Translations under genes and position numbers: made by a program
Notes under the pieces: model-generated
Told to the model about the DNA's origin: nothing
The model's input: only the letters and a program-made list of their open reading frames with translations
Databases searched by the model: none
Shown here: piece after piece, positions 1 to 9,970 of the stretch
How positions within the stretch are numbered: position 1 is the stretch's first letter
How the letters are laid out: the number at the start of each line of letters is the position of its first letter
IMG/VR virus record: IMGVR_UViG_3300021479_000013
Span: 1-64,000 of that record
Direction: 5' to 3' (one strand)
Length of the DNA: 64,000 bases
Origin: a virus

Positions 1-605
1 ATATCTCCGGCGGCGCGGGCGGAGGCGGCGTCGGCGGCACTGGCGGCGGCGTAGGCGGCGGCGCGGGCGGCGGCGGCGGCGTAGGCGGCGGCGTCGGCGG
101 AGGCGGCGGCGTGGGCGGAGGCGTAGGCGGCGGCGCGGGCGGCGTAGGCGGCGTCGGCGGCGGCGGCGCGGGCGGCGTCGGCGGCGTCGTCGTATTTCGA
201 GCCCTCTTCTTCGCATCTGGCTGCTGCTTCGAGACACGTTTTATTATTTTTGAAGACATCACGGAAGAGTTTAGGGATTAGGACGCGGACAGTCTTTTCT
301 GCAAGCCGTTTGGAAAATTCTACATCGTCCACCACGCCCAAGGAGCCGAGCTGGGCTATGCCAAGAGCGCGCAGTCCGTTAGCTCTAGCGGCTGGAGAGG
401 ACCATCTAGAATCATTAAGAGTAATTTTGAAAGATCGCACGGCAGCAGATACGCAACCGGGTTCATCACCGTGAGGGAGTCCGAGAGTCTCACAAATAGC
501 GGCCTCGATACAAACTTGGGAACCTTGCTGGCCGATTCCCGAACACAGTCCTCGGCCCAGAATCGAATCAAACTTTTGAACGTTGAACTCTTTAAGATTG
601 AACAT
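1..605 (-). CDS. Hypothetical protein with C-terminal Ala-rich (AAYAAARAA) repeat; 3' end runs off the window
   Basis: ATG at 605 with GGAG RBS; reads MFNLKEFNVQKFDSILGRGLC...; open to base 1; not in the ORF track because it has no stop codon in the window. Confidence 0.8.
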   Translation of the reverse strand, partial: MFNLKEFNVQKFDSILGRGLCSGIGQQGSQVCIEAAICETLGLPHGDEPGCVSAAVRSFKITLNDSRWSSPAARANGLRALGIAQLGSLGVVDDVEFSKRLAEKTVRVLIPKLFRDVFKNNKTCLEAAARCEEEGSKYDDAADAARAAAADAAYAARAAAYASAHAAASADAAAYAAAAARAAAYAAASAADAASARAAGD

Positions 606-631
606 ATTTTCTCCTATTCAGTAACGAAGTT

Positions 632-660
632 AACTTACCACAATACAGCTGGATTGTCAA
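632..660 (-). promoter_or_regulatory. sigma70-type promoter
   Basis: TTGACA-17-TAAGTT with TGTGG upstream of the -10. Confidence 0.65.
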
Positions 661-739
661 GAACAAAACTCCTGGGTCGCTACCGACCAGCAGCCGGAAA
701 AGGTTCGGGATGATACCGTGTTGAGGGCAGAGGAAGATT

Positions 740-880
740 TCAAACACGCTCTGCCTTTTTCAACGCGGCTTCCATCTCTCGCCTGTCTTCTTTGTACTGC
801 TGCCACTCGGCGTCGGATAAGGCGTTAACGTCCACTTTTTTGTGAACGCGTATCATGATTTCTATAAGTTTTTTGTTCAT
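740..880 (-). CDS. Small hypothetical protein (46 aa)
   Basis: ATG overlaps the upstream stop (TAATG); MNKKLIEIMIRVHKK... Confidence 0.55.
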   Translation of the reverse strand: MNKKLIEIMIRVHKKVDVNALSDAEWQQYKEDRREMEAALKKAERV

Positions 881-1218
881 TAGCGTGGGTACGAGTTCAG
901 CTTTCCGAAAGGATTCTCGGGAGTGTTGGTGTTCTCCAAGACAGTGAGGAGAATCGCGCCGAGCCCGACCGTGAGTCCGGCTTGGGCGACGGGCGGCTTG
1001 CCCGCGTACTCTTTCCGGATGACCTTCTTCAGCACCTTGACGAGCTGGCCGTGAGACAGCGAAGGCAACGTGCGACCGAACGCTTCCACCCTGTCACGCT
1101 CGATCTTGGCTTCCGCCTGGGCCTTCAGCTTCGCGGCCTGGAGGGCTGCAAACTCTTCTGGTGTCAGCGGTGTGGCTGGTTTCTGGGACTGCTTTTTGTA
1201 TGGCTTCTTATCGCTCAT
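880..1218 (-). CDS. Hypothetical protein
   Basis: GGAG RBS; tightly packed operon. Confidence 0.7.
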   Translation of the reverse strand: MSDKKPYKKQSQKPATPLTPEEFAALQAAKLKAQAEAKIERDRVEAFGRTLPSLSHGQLVKVLKKVIRKEYAGKPPVAQAGLTVGLGAILLTVLENTNTPENPFGKLNSYPR

Positions 1219-1396
1219 TTAATCTCCCGTCTAAGATAAGTTCTTCAAACTTCCCTGCCTTATTCTTCCACTTCCAGACTTCCTCTGAATCAAAAAAGAC
1301 CGCGCGATGCTTGCACACATAGCAGGTGTTGCAGCGGGAGCACAACCATATGTACTCCCCGCCGTTGCCTTGTTGGAGGCAGTTATGATTACGCAT
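1208..1396 (-). CDS. Small Cys-rich hypothetical protein
   Basis: CxxC motifs; overlaps both neighbours. Confidence 0.55.
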   Translation of the reverse strand: MRNHNCLQQGNGGEYIWLCSRCNTCYVCKHRAVFFDSEEVWKWKNKAGKFEELILDGRLNER

Positions 1397-1724
1397 TGTG
1401 ATTCGAGAACCAGGTCGCGGGCATCGTGTCGACCTCGATCTGGTACATGTCCATCCGCTCCAGCACGTTTATCAGCTTATCCGAAGGCGTGTCGTAAGAG
1501 GAGGCGAGTTTCAAACAGTGAGTCCACACCGGACGTCCCGACGGCTTAATCCCCGCCAGGTATACGGGCGACTCCGAGCGGGTGATTACGACCCGGTCAG
1601 AGATATCGGGCGTCAAACCTGTGCCCGGGAGCAGGAGGTCCGGCTGCTCTTCCTGGTAGAAAGAGACCTTGCCGCTTTGGATATCCTGGAGATACTTTTC
1701 CGCTATCGAGTGAACGTCGTGCAT
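1389..1724 (-). CDS. Hypothetical protein
   Basis: RBS and operon packing. Confidence 0.7.
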   Translation of the reverse strand: MHDVHSIAEKYLQDIQSGKVSFYQEEQPDLLLPGTGLTPDISDRVVITRSESPVYLAGIKPSGRPVWTHCLKLASSYDTPSDKLINVLERMDMYQIEVDTMPATWFSNHNA

Positions 1725-1725
1725 T

Positions 1726-3006
1726 TTATTCTCCGATCTCTATTTGAACCAGCAGCGTTGAGTTCTGCTCGTCCGCCAGCTTGAGGGTGATGCGGTCCAA
1801 GCTGATCTTGTGTTGTTTCAAGTACGAGATCACTCTACCAGATTCGATAGGACCTGTCAAGAGAATTCTTTCATTATTTTTAGCCGCGCCGATTGCCTCA
1901 TCCAAGACGATATAGCAGCCCGACTCCGGAGTCCCGTTGTGCAGCCTGCAGGTGCCAATGTTGGCGATCTTTACGCTGGCTTTGCAGACCCTCTGGTAGT
2001 GGACCGAGCTAGCGACCGTCCGCAGCTTACAATCGGGCTGCGGTGGCGCTACAACGGCCTGGGGGACGACTTGAGGCTGAAGTGCTGGTTGGGGGGCCTG
2101 GATGATGATAACCTGCGGTGGAGGGGCTGGGAGAGCCACGGGGGCCTCTCGTACGATGACCTGCTGGGTCGGTGCCACGATAGCTAGGCACTCGTCCACG
2201 GTCAGCTTGGCACGCTTGGCGGCGTCGGTGGAGCAGAGGATTCTAGCGGCTGCGGTCTTGTTGCCGAGCGCGAAGAAAATGACAGCGGCCTGGCGGGAGT
2301 CGCAGCCCTTGTCGGTCTTGCTGATGCCTAGGCTTCCTGCCAGTCCCGGCGACGATACGCCGCCCGAGAATCCCTTAACGCACGGTGATGTCGTGAACGC
2401 CGCGTCGGGCGCGTACGCCGGGGGAGTCTGTCGGACCTGGTTGTCGACCGACGAGAAGCTGGTCACGTTACCGGACGAATTATTGGAAGAGGAAGCCGTG
2501 CCGCCTGTTCCACCTTGAGCGGAGTTGCTGTTCGTATTTGAGGAGTTGCCTGAGTTCTTCAAAGTGCTCTGGCTGTTCCCCGACCCCGAGACGGACCCGC
2601 CAGTCGCGTTGCCGCCTTGCGAATTCGAGTTCGACGTGCTGCTCCCGCCTAACGCGTTCGAGCTGGCGATTGCTTTCGAATTCGATGAGGAAGTCGAGGT
2701 CGAATTTGAGACGGCTGAGGAGTTCTGCGTCTGTGATTGATTTTGCGTTTGTGTCTGTGAGTTCGACGAAGTAGGTGGCGGCGTCGGGGGTGTTACCGGT
2801 GGTTTCGGAACTTGACATTGGTATAGTTGTCCTTTTACGCCCTCGGTGCCTGTCCCGAGGAAGAGTTGTCCGTCCCCGTTCCCGAAGGAGCCGGAAGTGC
2901 CGGATGGTACCGGAACACGCGCCGCGAGCGAGTCGCTGCAGTTCCAACCGAACGCTGGAGCGCTACAAAATAGTAAAGCTAAGATGGCTGGGAGAAACTT
3001 TTTCAT
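1726..3006 (-). CDS. Secreted/envelope protein with Ser/Asn/Gly-rich linker and possible degenerate OmpA-like C-terminal domain
   Basis: Signal peptide MKKFLPAILALLFCSAPAFG; low-complexity S/T/N/G/Q middle; own promoter TTGACT-17-TAATGT at about 3043-3071. Confidence 0.7.
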   Translation of the reverse strand: MKKFLPAILALLFCSAPAFGWNCSDSLAARVPVPSGTSGSFGNGDGQLFLGTGTEGVKGQLYQCQVPKPPVTPPTPPPTSSNSQTQTQNQSQTQNSSAVSNSTSTSSSNSKAIASSNALGGSSTSNSNSQGGNATGGSVSGSGNSQSTLKNSGNSSNTNSNSAQGGTGGTASSSNNSSGNVTSFSSVDNQVRQTPPAYAPDAAFTTSPCVKGFSGGVSSPGLAGSLGISKTDKGCDSRQAAVIFFALGNKTAAARILCSTDAAKRAKLTVDECLAIVAPTQQVIVREAPVALPAPPPQVIIIQAPQPALQPQVVPQAVVAPPQPDCKLRTVASSVHYQRVCKASVKIANIGTCRLHNGTPESGCYIVLDEAIGAAKNNERILLTGPIESGRVISYLKQHKISLDRITLKLADEQNSTLLVQIEIGE

Positions 3007-3045
3007 TTATCCTCTTTTCAATTTGAAGTGACAGCTTCACGCACA

Positions 3046-3570
3046 TTAGCACACTTCATTAGAAAAGTCAAGGACTAATTTTTCATCCCATAAACAGGTC
3101 GGCGGCGATTGGAGTTCATAAAAATACACAGGGGCTCCGCAGATGATGCAAAGCGTATCAGGCGGCGGGGGAGGGACGTACTTCTTGGGGTTGGGGGGCA
3201 TCGGCGGGAGGTCGGACGCTTCGATATAGCCCTTCTCAGGCATCACGACAGCGTTAGAAATCTGGACTTCGATCTTGCGTTTCTTTTTCTGTGACTTGTT
3301 CTGCTGCGCGACCTCGGCCTTGATCTTCGCGTTCCTGGCCTCTAGCTCTGCCAGCGGCGCGTAGTTGGCCTTGGCGTCTGCGGTTATCGTTAAGCCGCTC
3401 GCGGGCCGCTTCTCTCTCAACTTCGCCAGGACCGACGCTTTCGCGGTCCACCAGACCCAGGTACCCGTGGACGTATCGGACTTGAATCCTGCGGCCTTAA
3501 CGGCAGCTAGGTCACCCTGAAAGTCAGAACTGAACTCTGCCTCGAAGCGACCGTTCCAACGGAGGTTCAC
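3046..3570 (-). CDS. Hypothetical protein
   Basis: GTGA overlap with the upstream gene; 174 aa. Confidence 0.65.
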   Translation of the reverse strand: MNLRWNGRFEAEFSSDFQGDLAAVKAAGFKSDTSTGTWVWWTAKASVLAKLREKRPASGLTITADAKANYAPLAELEARNAKIKAEVAQQNKSQKKKRKIEVQISNAVVMPEKGYIEASDLPPMPPNPKKYVPPPPPDTLCIICGAPVYFYELQSPPTCLWDEKLVLDFSNEVC

Positions 3571-3788
3571 AGTTCCAGCGCGTTTCTCGTGAGCTGCAGC
3601 TTGCGTCGGAGGTCGGTGTTCTCTTTCACAAGGTCATCGATGCCCTCGTCTATCAGACGCCATTGCTCCAAAACTTGTACAGCGATAGTGGTATCGCCGC
3701 CAGACTTTTCCACGTCAGAGGCCGCGTGTTCTAGTTCTGAGCCTAGCCAACCTTGGGCGAATACAATTAGTTTCAAGTCGTGTCTCAT
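3567..3788 (-). CDS. Hypothetical protein
   Basis: AGGAG RBS. Confidence 0.65.
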   Translation of the reverse strand: MRHDLKLIVFAQGWLGSELEHAASDVEKSGGDTTIAVQVLEQWRLIDEGIDDLVKENTDLRRKLQLTRNALEL

Positions 3789-3880
3789 ATTTCTCCTTTA
3801 TAAATCTCCGAAATCATGCCGTCCCCAAGCCAGGATGCCAATTACTAGTACGACCAGTAAAAACAGCGCTTTCAACAGAA

Positions 3881-4273
3881 TCATAGCCCCATCCTCTTTC
3901 GTTTCTCGGGGTCGTTGAATTCTTTCTTCTCCCGGTCGTCCATATCCTTGAAGTAGTTCCGGTACGCCATCCCGTAGTTCACGTAAAGCGCTTGAAACAT
4001 ATCGAAACAAAGCGTGCAAACAGGGTGACTAATCGCGCCGTATATCTTCTTGCAACCACAGTCGGTGTCCTTGCAGACGAAGACAAGTTCCCTCGCCAGC
4101 TCCGCGTCCCTGGATACGGTCGCGTCGCAGATTTTGCACCGAGCCTTCAAGACCATCCGGACTCGGTCGTACTCGTGACAGTTTTTAAACTGTGTCTTCG
4201 TGGTGGACGGGTGCTTCATCCCCGGTATCCAGGAGATTAGCGCGGCCATCCAGGCCTTGCCCATCGTTATCAC
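3881..4273 (-). CDS. Cys-rich hypothetical protein (possible Zn finger)
   Basis: CxxC pairs; overlaps the lysin stop. Confidence 0.6.
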   Translation of the reverse strand: MITMGKAWMAALISWIPGMKHPSTTKTQFKNCHEYDRVRMVLKARCKICDATVSRDAELARELVFVCKDTDCGCKKIYGAISHPVCTLCFDMFQALYVNYGMAYRNYFKDMDDREKKEFNDPEKRKRMGL

Positions 4274-4743
4274 GAATTAATCCGTTTCACCCACCCAGTA
4301 ACAAATACGCTCGACTCCGGTCGGTTGTTGATAATGCTCATGCAGTGGTTAATCAGAACGGTGCGATACGCGGGGAGGAGGTTAGCGTTCTGGTTCACCG
4401 CCGAAAGGGTGCTGGGACCAAACTGGCCGTCGGTAATAAGGCTGACCTTATTGACCAACGTGATCTGCAGAAGTTTCACGGCAGTTGCGACGCCGAAGAG
4501 CACGCCAGAATCGAATAATTTTTCTGCTATCGGTTGGTCAGTGATTTGGGAATAAAGTGGCTTCCAGTAATTTTCAGAATAATAGGCCACAGCTTGTTCA
4601 GAGGTGATAGTCCTCATATCGACACCAGGCATATCGGCTTGTGTGATACCGAAATTTGTTGCGCCTCCTGGGTCGTGAATATTATCGACGAAGCCGCCCT
4701 CGTGAATTAGCGTTTTTTCCACAGCTTGCTGAAAGTTTGCCAA
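4270..4743 (-). CDS. Glycoside hydrolase family 108 lysozyme (endolysin-like) with PG-binding region
   Basis: HEGGFVD-x3-DPGGATNFGITQ, DGQFGPST and GWVKR motifs; TTG start after GAGGAG. Confidence 0.9.
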   Translation of the reverse strand: MANFQQAVEKTLIHEGGFVDNIHDPGGATNFGITQADMPGVDMRTITSEQAVAYYSENYWKPLYSQITDQPIAEKLFDSGVLFGVATAVKLLQITLVNKVSLITDGQFGPSTLSAVNQNANLLPAYRTVLINHCMSIINNRPESSVFVTGWVKRINS

Positions 4744-5519
4744 AGTGATCTCCTCTCGATTTTGAATTCGGAAGTCGTACGGCCCTTCCAGTTGGTGCCC
4801 ATACCGGCGTCTTCCGACTCCAGATGGTAGCATACAATCTCAGGAACAAATCCGCGCTTGCCGCGAGGCCAGAGCTTGGAGAACAGCATATCGGTTCGGC
4901 CCGCGTCGCCGTGCGCCTTCGGGTAATGGTAAACGCTGCTGACCCAAGGGTGCCACAGCTGAAAGAATCCTATCGGTACCCAGCCGGTGTCGTGCGCCAT
5001 AACGCGCGTGGCGACGTCGAAGTCGTGGTTGTTAAGGTGGATATAAGCCTCGCACTCGTGCTGCAGCTTCGGTGAACGGAGGAACTCGCCCCACGCGCCC
5101 GCTCCCTTAACGTTGAAACGGTCTGCTCCGTAGATCATCGACTTATCGAGGCACGCGCGCTCCAAAAGTCGGCGGGTCTGAGGAGGCAGCCAGATGTCCG
5201 CGTCCAGGTGAAGGACCCACCCGTCTAGTTCCAGATGCTGGAGTCCTTGGTCGATAGCGTCGCCCTTGAACATCCCGGGGTCGCTCAGTTCCGGACATAC
5301 CACGCAGTGCACGTGGTAGAACTCGCACAGCTTCCGAGTCTTACGGTCTTCCTTGCTGGTCACCACGACCAGCTTGTCGAACATCTGCTTATTGTGGGGC
5401 AGCGTGTAAGCGAGAAAGTCCGAGTACTCCCTGCAGACGATAACGCACTCCAGCTTGAAACGGTCTTCTCTCTTCTCTTCCGCGCACTCTTGCTCGTGAT
5501 ACATCCAGCCCCCTAACAT
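4707..5519 (-). CDS. Glycosyltransferase (GT-A fold, GT2-like)
   Basis: WVLHLDADI DxD motif; GFFQLW; promoter TTGACA-17-TATGGT at about 5544-5572. Confidence 0.75.
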   Translation of the reverse strand: MLGGWMYHEQECAEEKREDRFKLECVIVCREYSDFLAYTLPHNKQMFDKLVVVTSKEDRKTRKLCEFYHVHCVVCPELSDPGMFKGDAIDQGLQHLELDGWVLHLDADIWLPPQTRRLLERACLDKSMIYGADRFNVKGAGAWGEFLRSPKLQHECEAYIHLNNHDFDVATRVMAHDTGWVPIGFFQLWHPWVSSVYHYPKAHGDAGRTDMLFSKLWPRGKRGFVPEIVCYHLESEDAGMGTNWKGRTTSEFKIERRSLWQTFSKLWKKR

Positions 5520-5568
5520 CTTAACGAATTCTTTAACTTCCTTACCATACCACAGTTCTACTGGAATG

Positions 5569-6510
5569 TCAAGACTTAAGTTCCGCGTCGACCATCAGCC
5601 GGACCAGTTCCTCAAATTTTACCTGCGGGGTCCATCGTAGTACACGCCTGGCCTTGCTTGCGTCCCCGATTAAAATGTTGACCTCGGTCGGACGGAATAA
5701 TCTCTCGTCTATCTCGACGTGCTTCGTCCAGTCGAGGTTGAGATACCCGAACGCGGCGTCAAGAAAATCTCGAACAGAGCGTGCCTCGCCTGTTGCGATC
5801 ACGTAGTCGTCCGGGACTGGCTGCTGCAGCATCAGATACATAGCCTCCACATAATCTTTGGCATATCCCCAATCCCTCTTAGCGTCCAGATTGCCTAAGA
5901 ACAGCTTGTCTTGGAGGCCTCGGGAGATACGAACGGCAGCCTTCGTTATCTTTCTCGTAACGAAAGTTTCGCCGCGCCTAGGTGACTCGTGATTAAACAG
6001 GATGCCGTTGCACGCGAACGTACCGTAAGCCTCCCGGTGGTTCACCGCAGACCAGTACGCGAACAGCTTGGCGATAGCGTAAGGCGAGCGGGGGTGGAAC
6101 GGAGTGTTTTCGTTAGTGGCTGCGGTATAAATTCCGCCGTACAGTTCAGAACTGCTGGCTTGGTAAAACTTGATGCCCTTTTCCTTGATAGCTTCCAAGA
6201 TGATAAGGGCCGCGATTCCTGTAGCCTCGGCGGTAACGACGGGGATGTCGAAGCTGGTGCGAACCTGGCTCTGCGCGGCCAGGTGGTAAATTTCATCTGG
6301 ACCGATTGTCTCGATTATGTTCGTGGTCGAGCTGGCGTCGGTGACGTCGCCGTAGTGCAGCTGCAGGTCATTAAAGATGTGATCTATTCGGCTGGTGTTG
6401 ATCGATGAGGAGCGGCGGACAATCCCGTGAACCTCGTAGCCTTTTTGGAGAAGTAGCTCCGCGAGGTATGAGCCGTCTTGTCCGGAAATTCCAGTGATGA
6501 GAGCCTTCAT
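5569..6510 (-). CDS. gmd: GDP-mannose 4,6-dehydratase
   Basis: [66 protein letters not shown]. Confidence 0.97.
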   Translation of the reverse strand: MKALITGISGQDGSYLAELLLQKGYEVHGIVRRSSSINTSRIDHIFNDLQLHYGDVTDASSTTNIIETIGPDEIYHLAAQSQVRTSFDIPVVTAEATGIAALIILEAIKEKGIKFYQASSSELYGGIYTAATNENTPFHPRSPYAIAKLFAYWSAVNHREAYGTFACNGILFNHESPRRGETFVTRKITKAAVRISRGLQDKLFLGNLDAKRDWGYAKDYVEAMYLMLQQPVPDDYVIATGEARSVRDFLDAAFGYLNLDWTKHVEIDERLFRPTEVNILIGDASKARRVLRWTPQVKFEELVRLMVDAELKS

Positions 6511-7313
6511 ATTGTTCCCTCCAGGTTGAGTTTTTCAATCAGCCACTTCGTTTTCAGTGTGTGGTACTCGGGCGAGCGATGATTCCAGTTCGACGCGCGT
6601 AGGTAGTGAATCCCGATAGGCTTGTCGTCTATAGAGATATTCTCGTACTCGGACGGATGAAAGTCGGTCGTCGGGTCGTCTGGGACGAAGTATTGCTGGA
6701 TAAGAGTCGGATTCAGTTCCGGGTGCGATTTCAGGTAGAAGAAGCTTTGCCCGCCGATGTCCGTGACTATTCCGTTCACGAAGCTGCCCCACCAGTTGAT
6801 TTGTTCAGGATTTGGAAGTCTAGACATATCGGCCAAGACCAGCGCGTCGTGCATGTGAATCCCACCCAGGTTCGGGCGAGACTGCGGCATAAAGCATAGC
6901 GGCGTCGTTACCAGGTAGTCTGTCAACTTGATAGGCCGGGTGAAGAACATGTCTGGGTGCAGGAGGCAGACGGCCCCCTTCTCTTTCATAATGTGGAACT
7001 CCCACGTATAAAAGCACCCGTAGCAGCCCGCGCAGTTGGGATTGCTCCAAGAGCCCTGGCGGTTGAATACCGTGCAAGACTTCTCGACCGCGTTGCACTT
7101 GTCTTCCAAAGACTGGACCCGCTCGACGTCGAAGACCGAGATTCCCAGCTTCCCGCACATCTCGTCGATCTTGACCTTCTCCGCTGGACGGTCAAACTTG
7201 GCGTTGTTTAATATCGTGAACGTGAAGTCCTCTTGGATGTACTTCTGGAAAGACTTCAGCTGCAGTTCGATCAAGTCCGACCGGTTGCTCGTGAACGCGA
7301 ATATGTTAATCAT
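6507..7313 (-). CDS. Putative glycosyltransferase (GT-A-like)
   Basis: CLLHPDMF at the DxD-like position; TDIGG; lies in the sugar cluster. Confidence 0.5.
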   Translation of the reverse strand: MINIFAFTSNRSDLIELQLKSFQKYIQEDFTFTILNNAKFDRPAEKVKIDEMCGKLGISVFDVERVQSLEDKCNAVEKSCTVFNRQGSWSNPNCAGCYGCFYTWEFHIMKEKGAVCLLHPDMFFTRPIKLTDYLVTTPLCFMPQSRPNLGGIHMHDALVLADMSRLPNPEQINWWGSFVNGIVTDIGGQSFFYLKSHPELNPTLIQQYFVPDDPTTDFHPSEYENISIDDKPIGIHYLRASNWNHRSPEYHTLKTKWLIEKLNLEGTI

Positions 7314-8242
7314 CTGCTCTCCTGGGCCAGCTTGGCTGCGGATAGTAGGCTGTCAATTTTGTTTAAGTAGGTATGCTTTTGGGCGACATCGTCCATCAGC
7401 GCGTGGAGCGTTTCCGACGCGATGCTAGCCAGATGATCTCGCGCGTCAAAAAAGAGTTCGTACGGGTCCGAGTTATAAATCAACCTGCCTCGGAAAGTTT
7501 GGTTAGCACAGAGATTGTTCGTCGCGCACATCTGGCCGTAGGACAAGGCCTTGAAGACCCGGCACGGCAGGTAGCCTACCGTGTTCTGATAAGCTAAGGA
7601 GATTGCTGGCGCGATGTATGAGTCTTGTACCAGCCTAACGTTCTCTTCGATAGATACAGGGGAGCCGCCGAAGCCCCCGATCAGATTGAAGTTGATTCCG
7701 CTCTCTTTGCACGCGGCAGCGAACGGAGCTTGCTCCGGTACCGATGTTCCCACGTAGTTGACGTCCCGGCTCCAGTCTCGGAAGACCTTACTCGGCTTGT
7801 TCGCCATGATCTCGTGAGGCAGAAGGTCTGTGGCCCAACGGAAGACTACAGCATCATACGAGTCCCAGGGCTGAGGGAAGAAGAACGTATCCCTGCTCAG
7901 CTCGATTGCGTTTGAGGGAATATCCATGCTGTCGACGTATAGCCCGTAGTTGATGGTTAAAAAGCCCTTCGTGTACTCCTTAGCGCGGGCTTCCATATTG
8001 TGGACCGCATAGAAGCAGTCCGAGCGGAGGGGCATACCTTTAATCGCGTACTCCATGCTGATGAAGAACGTGTTCGAGAAATCTACCCGGAAGGTGTCGT
8101 CGTGCGCGTCCAGCCAGCTGACCTGGCGCTCCGGGAATCGGGACTTTAGCGCGCGGTAAAAGGCCTCCAGAATGTGACGGAAGGAGTTGTACTGCCCGCT
8201 TTTAAATCCCCAAACGCAGAAGTTGCAGGTCTTTAAGTTCAT
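7310..8242 (-). CDS. Putative glycosyltransferase (GT-B C-terminal, CgeB-like)
   Basis: YLPCRVFKALSYG and QKHTYLNKI motifs. Confidence 0.6.
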   Translation of the reverse strand: MNLKTCNFCVWGFKSGQYNSFRHILEAFYRALKSRFPERQVSWLDAHDDTFRVDFSNTFFISMEYAIKGMPLRSDCFYAVHNMEARAKEYTKGFLTINYGLYVDSMDIPSNAIELSRDTFFFPQPWDSYDAVVFRWATDLLPHEIMANKPSKVFRDWSRDVNYVGTSVPEQAPFAAACKESGINFNLIGGFGGSPVSIEENVRLVQDSYIAPAISLAYQNTVGYLPCRVFKALSYGQMCATNNLCANQTFRGRLIYNSDPYELFFDARDHLASIASETLHALMDDVAQKHTYLNKIDSLLSAAKLAQESR

Positions 8243-9420
8243 TTGTACCCCAGAAAGTATCCGTGGATAAGTTCGCCTACGTAGTAGATGTCTTCGGCGG
8301 TTAAATTTTGATGAATGCCGATCATAAAACCGCTGCGGGCCAAATTTTGGGAGACAGGATACTGTTCCATCATCCGGGGGAAAAGTTTCCTATATGCAGG
8401 ACTTTCCAGGAGCGGAAACATGTGGCGTGTTTCTACTCCGTGCTCTTCTAAATACATGAGCAGCTTCTCCCTGTCTACGTAGGGCTTGCAGATAATCGGG
8501 AACATCATCCATGAGTGAGTCATGTCATACGGGACGTAGGGAAGTTGAATCTCGTCTATAGAAGAAAGAAGGCTCATCAGCCTGGTTGCGTTATCTCGGC
8601 GTGCTGCCGCGTTTTGCTCAAACCGCTCCAGTTCCGATAAAGCCAGTGCGGCTTCCAGTTCCGTTGCCCGGTAAGAGTATCCGACCCGGTCAAACTTAAA
8701 CCTTCTCTCGACGACGTTTTGAAGTCCAGAGCCTGTAAGACCGTTGGCCGCGTCGATGCTCGAATACACCGAGTCCCGACCGTGTGCCATCAGCGAGCGG
8801 CAGAGTTCGGCCAGCTTGTCGTCGTTCGTCGTGACCAGACCGCCCACGCCGCCGACTACCAGGTGGTTGACGTAAGTGCTGAAGCAGCCCATATCTCCGA
8901 AGCTGCCTACAGGCTTTCCGTCGACCGTGGAGCCGACCGCTTCGCAGCTGTCTTCGATGACTTGCAAGCAGTGCCTCTTAGCGATATACATGATCTCGGT
9001 CATATCAGCGCCCAATCCGAAGAGATGGACAGGAATAATGGCGCGAGTCTTGGCTGTGATCTTGTCTTCGATCTTCCTGTACTCCATATTGTAGGTTCTA
9101 GGATTGACGTCGACGAAGACAGGTACCATGTTATTTTGCAGGACGATGTTACTGGTTGCAATGAAGGTGGTCGAAGGGACAATCACTTCGTCCCCGTCTT
9201 TGTATCCGTGGGTTTCGCGGAGAGCGGCTAGCGCGACTTGGAGTGCGCTCGTTCCGCTGTTCATGAAGACGCCGTGCTTGCAGCCGTGCATACTGGCGAA
9301 CTTCTCTTCGAACTCTCGTGTGTACTTGCCGTATGAGAGTCGGTTCGAGTCGAGGCAGTCGTTAACGTACCGCTTGCCTTGGTCTGAGATTGAAAGTGTT
9401 CCGAGCGTAATTTTTCTCAT
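8239..9420 (-). CDS. DegT/DnrJ/EryC1/StrS family PLP/PMP enzyme, His-type (ColD/E1 3-dehydrase-like)
   Basis: NSGTSAL, IEDSCEA; STYVNHLVVGGVGG has His at the usual Schiff-base Lys position. Confidence 0.85.
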   Translation of the reverse strand: MRKITLGTLSISDQGKRYVNDCLDSNRLSYGKYTREFEEKFASMHGCKHGVFMNSGTSALQVALAALRETHGYKDGDEVIVPSTTFIATSNIVLQNNMVPVFVDVNPRTYNMEYRKIEDKITAKTRAIIPVHLFGLGADMTEIMYIAKRHCLQVIEDSCEAVGSTVDGKPVGSFGDMGCFSTYVNHLVVGGVGGLVTTNDDKLAELCRSLMAHGRDSVYSSIDAANGLTGSGLQNVVERRFKFDRVGYSYRATELEAALALSELERFEQNAAARRDNATRLMSLLSSIDEIQLPYVPYDMTHSWMMFPIICKPYVDREKLLMYLEEHGVETRHMFPLLESPAYRKLFPRMMEQYPVSQNLARSGFMIGIHQNLTAEDIYYVGELIHGYFLGYK

Positions 9421-9427
9421 ATGTCCT

Positions 9428-9970
9428 TTAGAACCTTTTAACGGTTGGAGCCACCTGATCGCGTGGTGAAATAAATAACGTAGCAAGACCGTTCACAGGC
9501 CACGGTATTCCGATGCTGGGGTCTTCCCAAAAGATAGCCCTGTCTTCTGCTGGGTTGTGGTACGCGTCGCATTTGTACTGGACTTCAGTATTGTCTTCCA
9601 GTGCCAGGAATCCCCTAGCGAAGTCGGACGAGGCCCACACTTGAATCTGATTCTCTTCGGTAGCGATCACCGAGTGGAATTTTAGAAATGTCGGAGAGTC
9701 CCTGTCGAAGTCCACCGAGACCATGTAAGCCGAGCCCCTGGTCACCCGCATAAGCTTGCTCATAGCAGGAGAGGGCTGGTAGTGTAGCCCTCGAACGGTA
9801 TTCCTCACGGAGCGGGAGTGAAGCTCCCTAACAAACTTCGGCAGGCCCAAAGATTCCATCTCGTTTTCAAGAAAGGTAACGGAGACGAACCCGCGCTCGT
9901 CCTTATAGACAGGCGGCGTGATGACTTTCACCCGGCCATCGAAATAGGTATCCATGTGAAAGAGGCTCAT
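9428..9970 (-). CDS. rmlC: NDP-4-keto-6-deoxyhexose 3,5-epimerase (RmlC cupin family)
   Basis: DERGF, VRGLHYQ, FARGF, YKCD, WEDPSIGIPWP, ISPRD; the FAHGF His appears as Arg. Confidence 0.85.
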   Translation of the reverse strand: MSLFHMDTYFDGRVKVITPPVYKDERGFVSVTFLENEMESLGLPKFVRELHSRSVRNTVRGLHYQPSPAMSKLMRVTRGSAYMVSVDFDRDSPTFLKFHSVIATEENQIQVWASSDFARGFLALEDNTEVQYKCDAYHNPAEDRAIFWEDPSIGIPWPVNGLATLFISPRDQVAPTVKRF

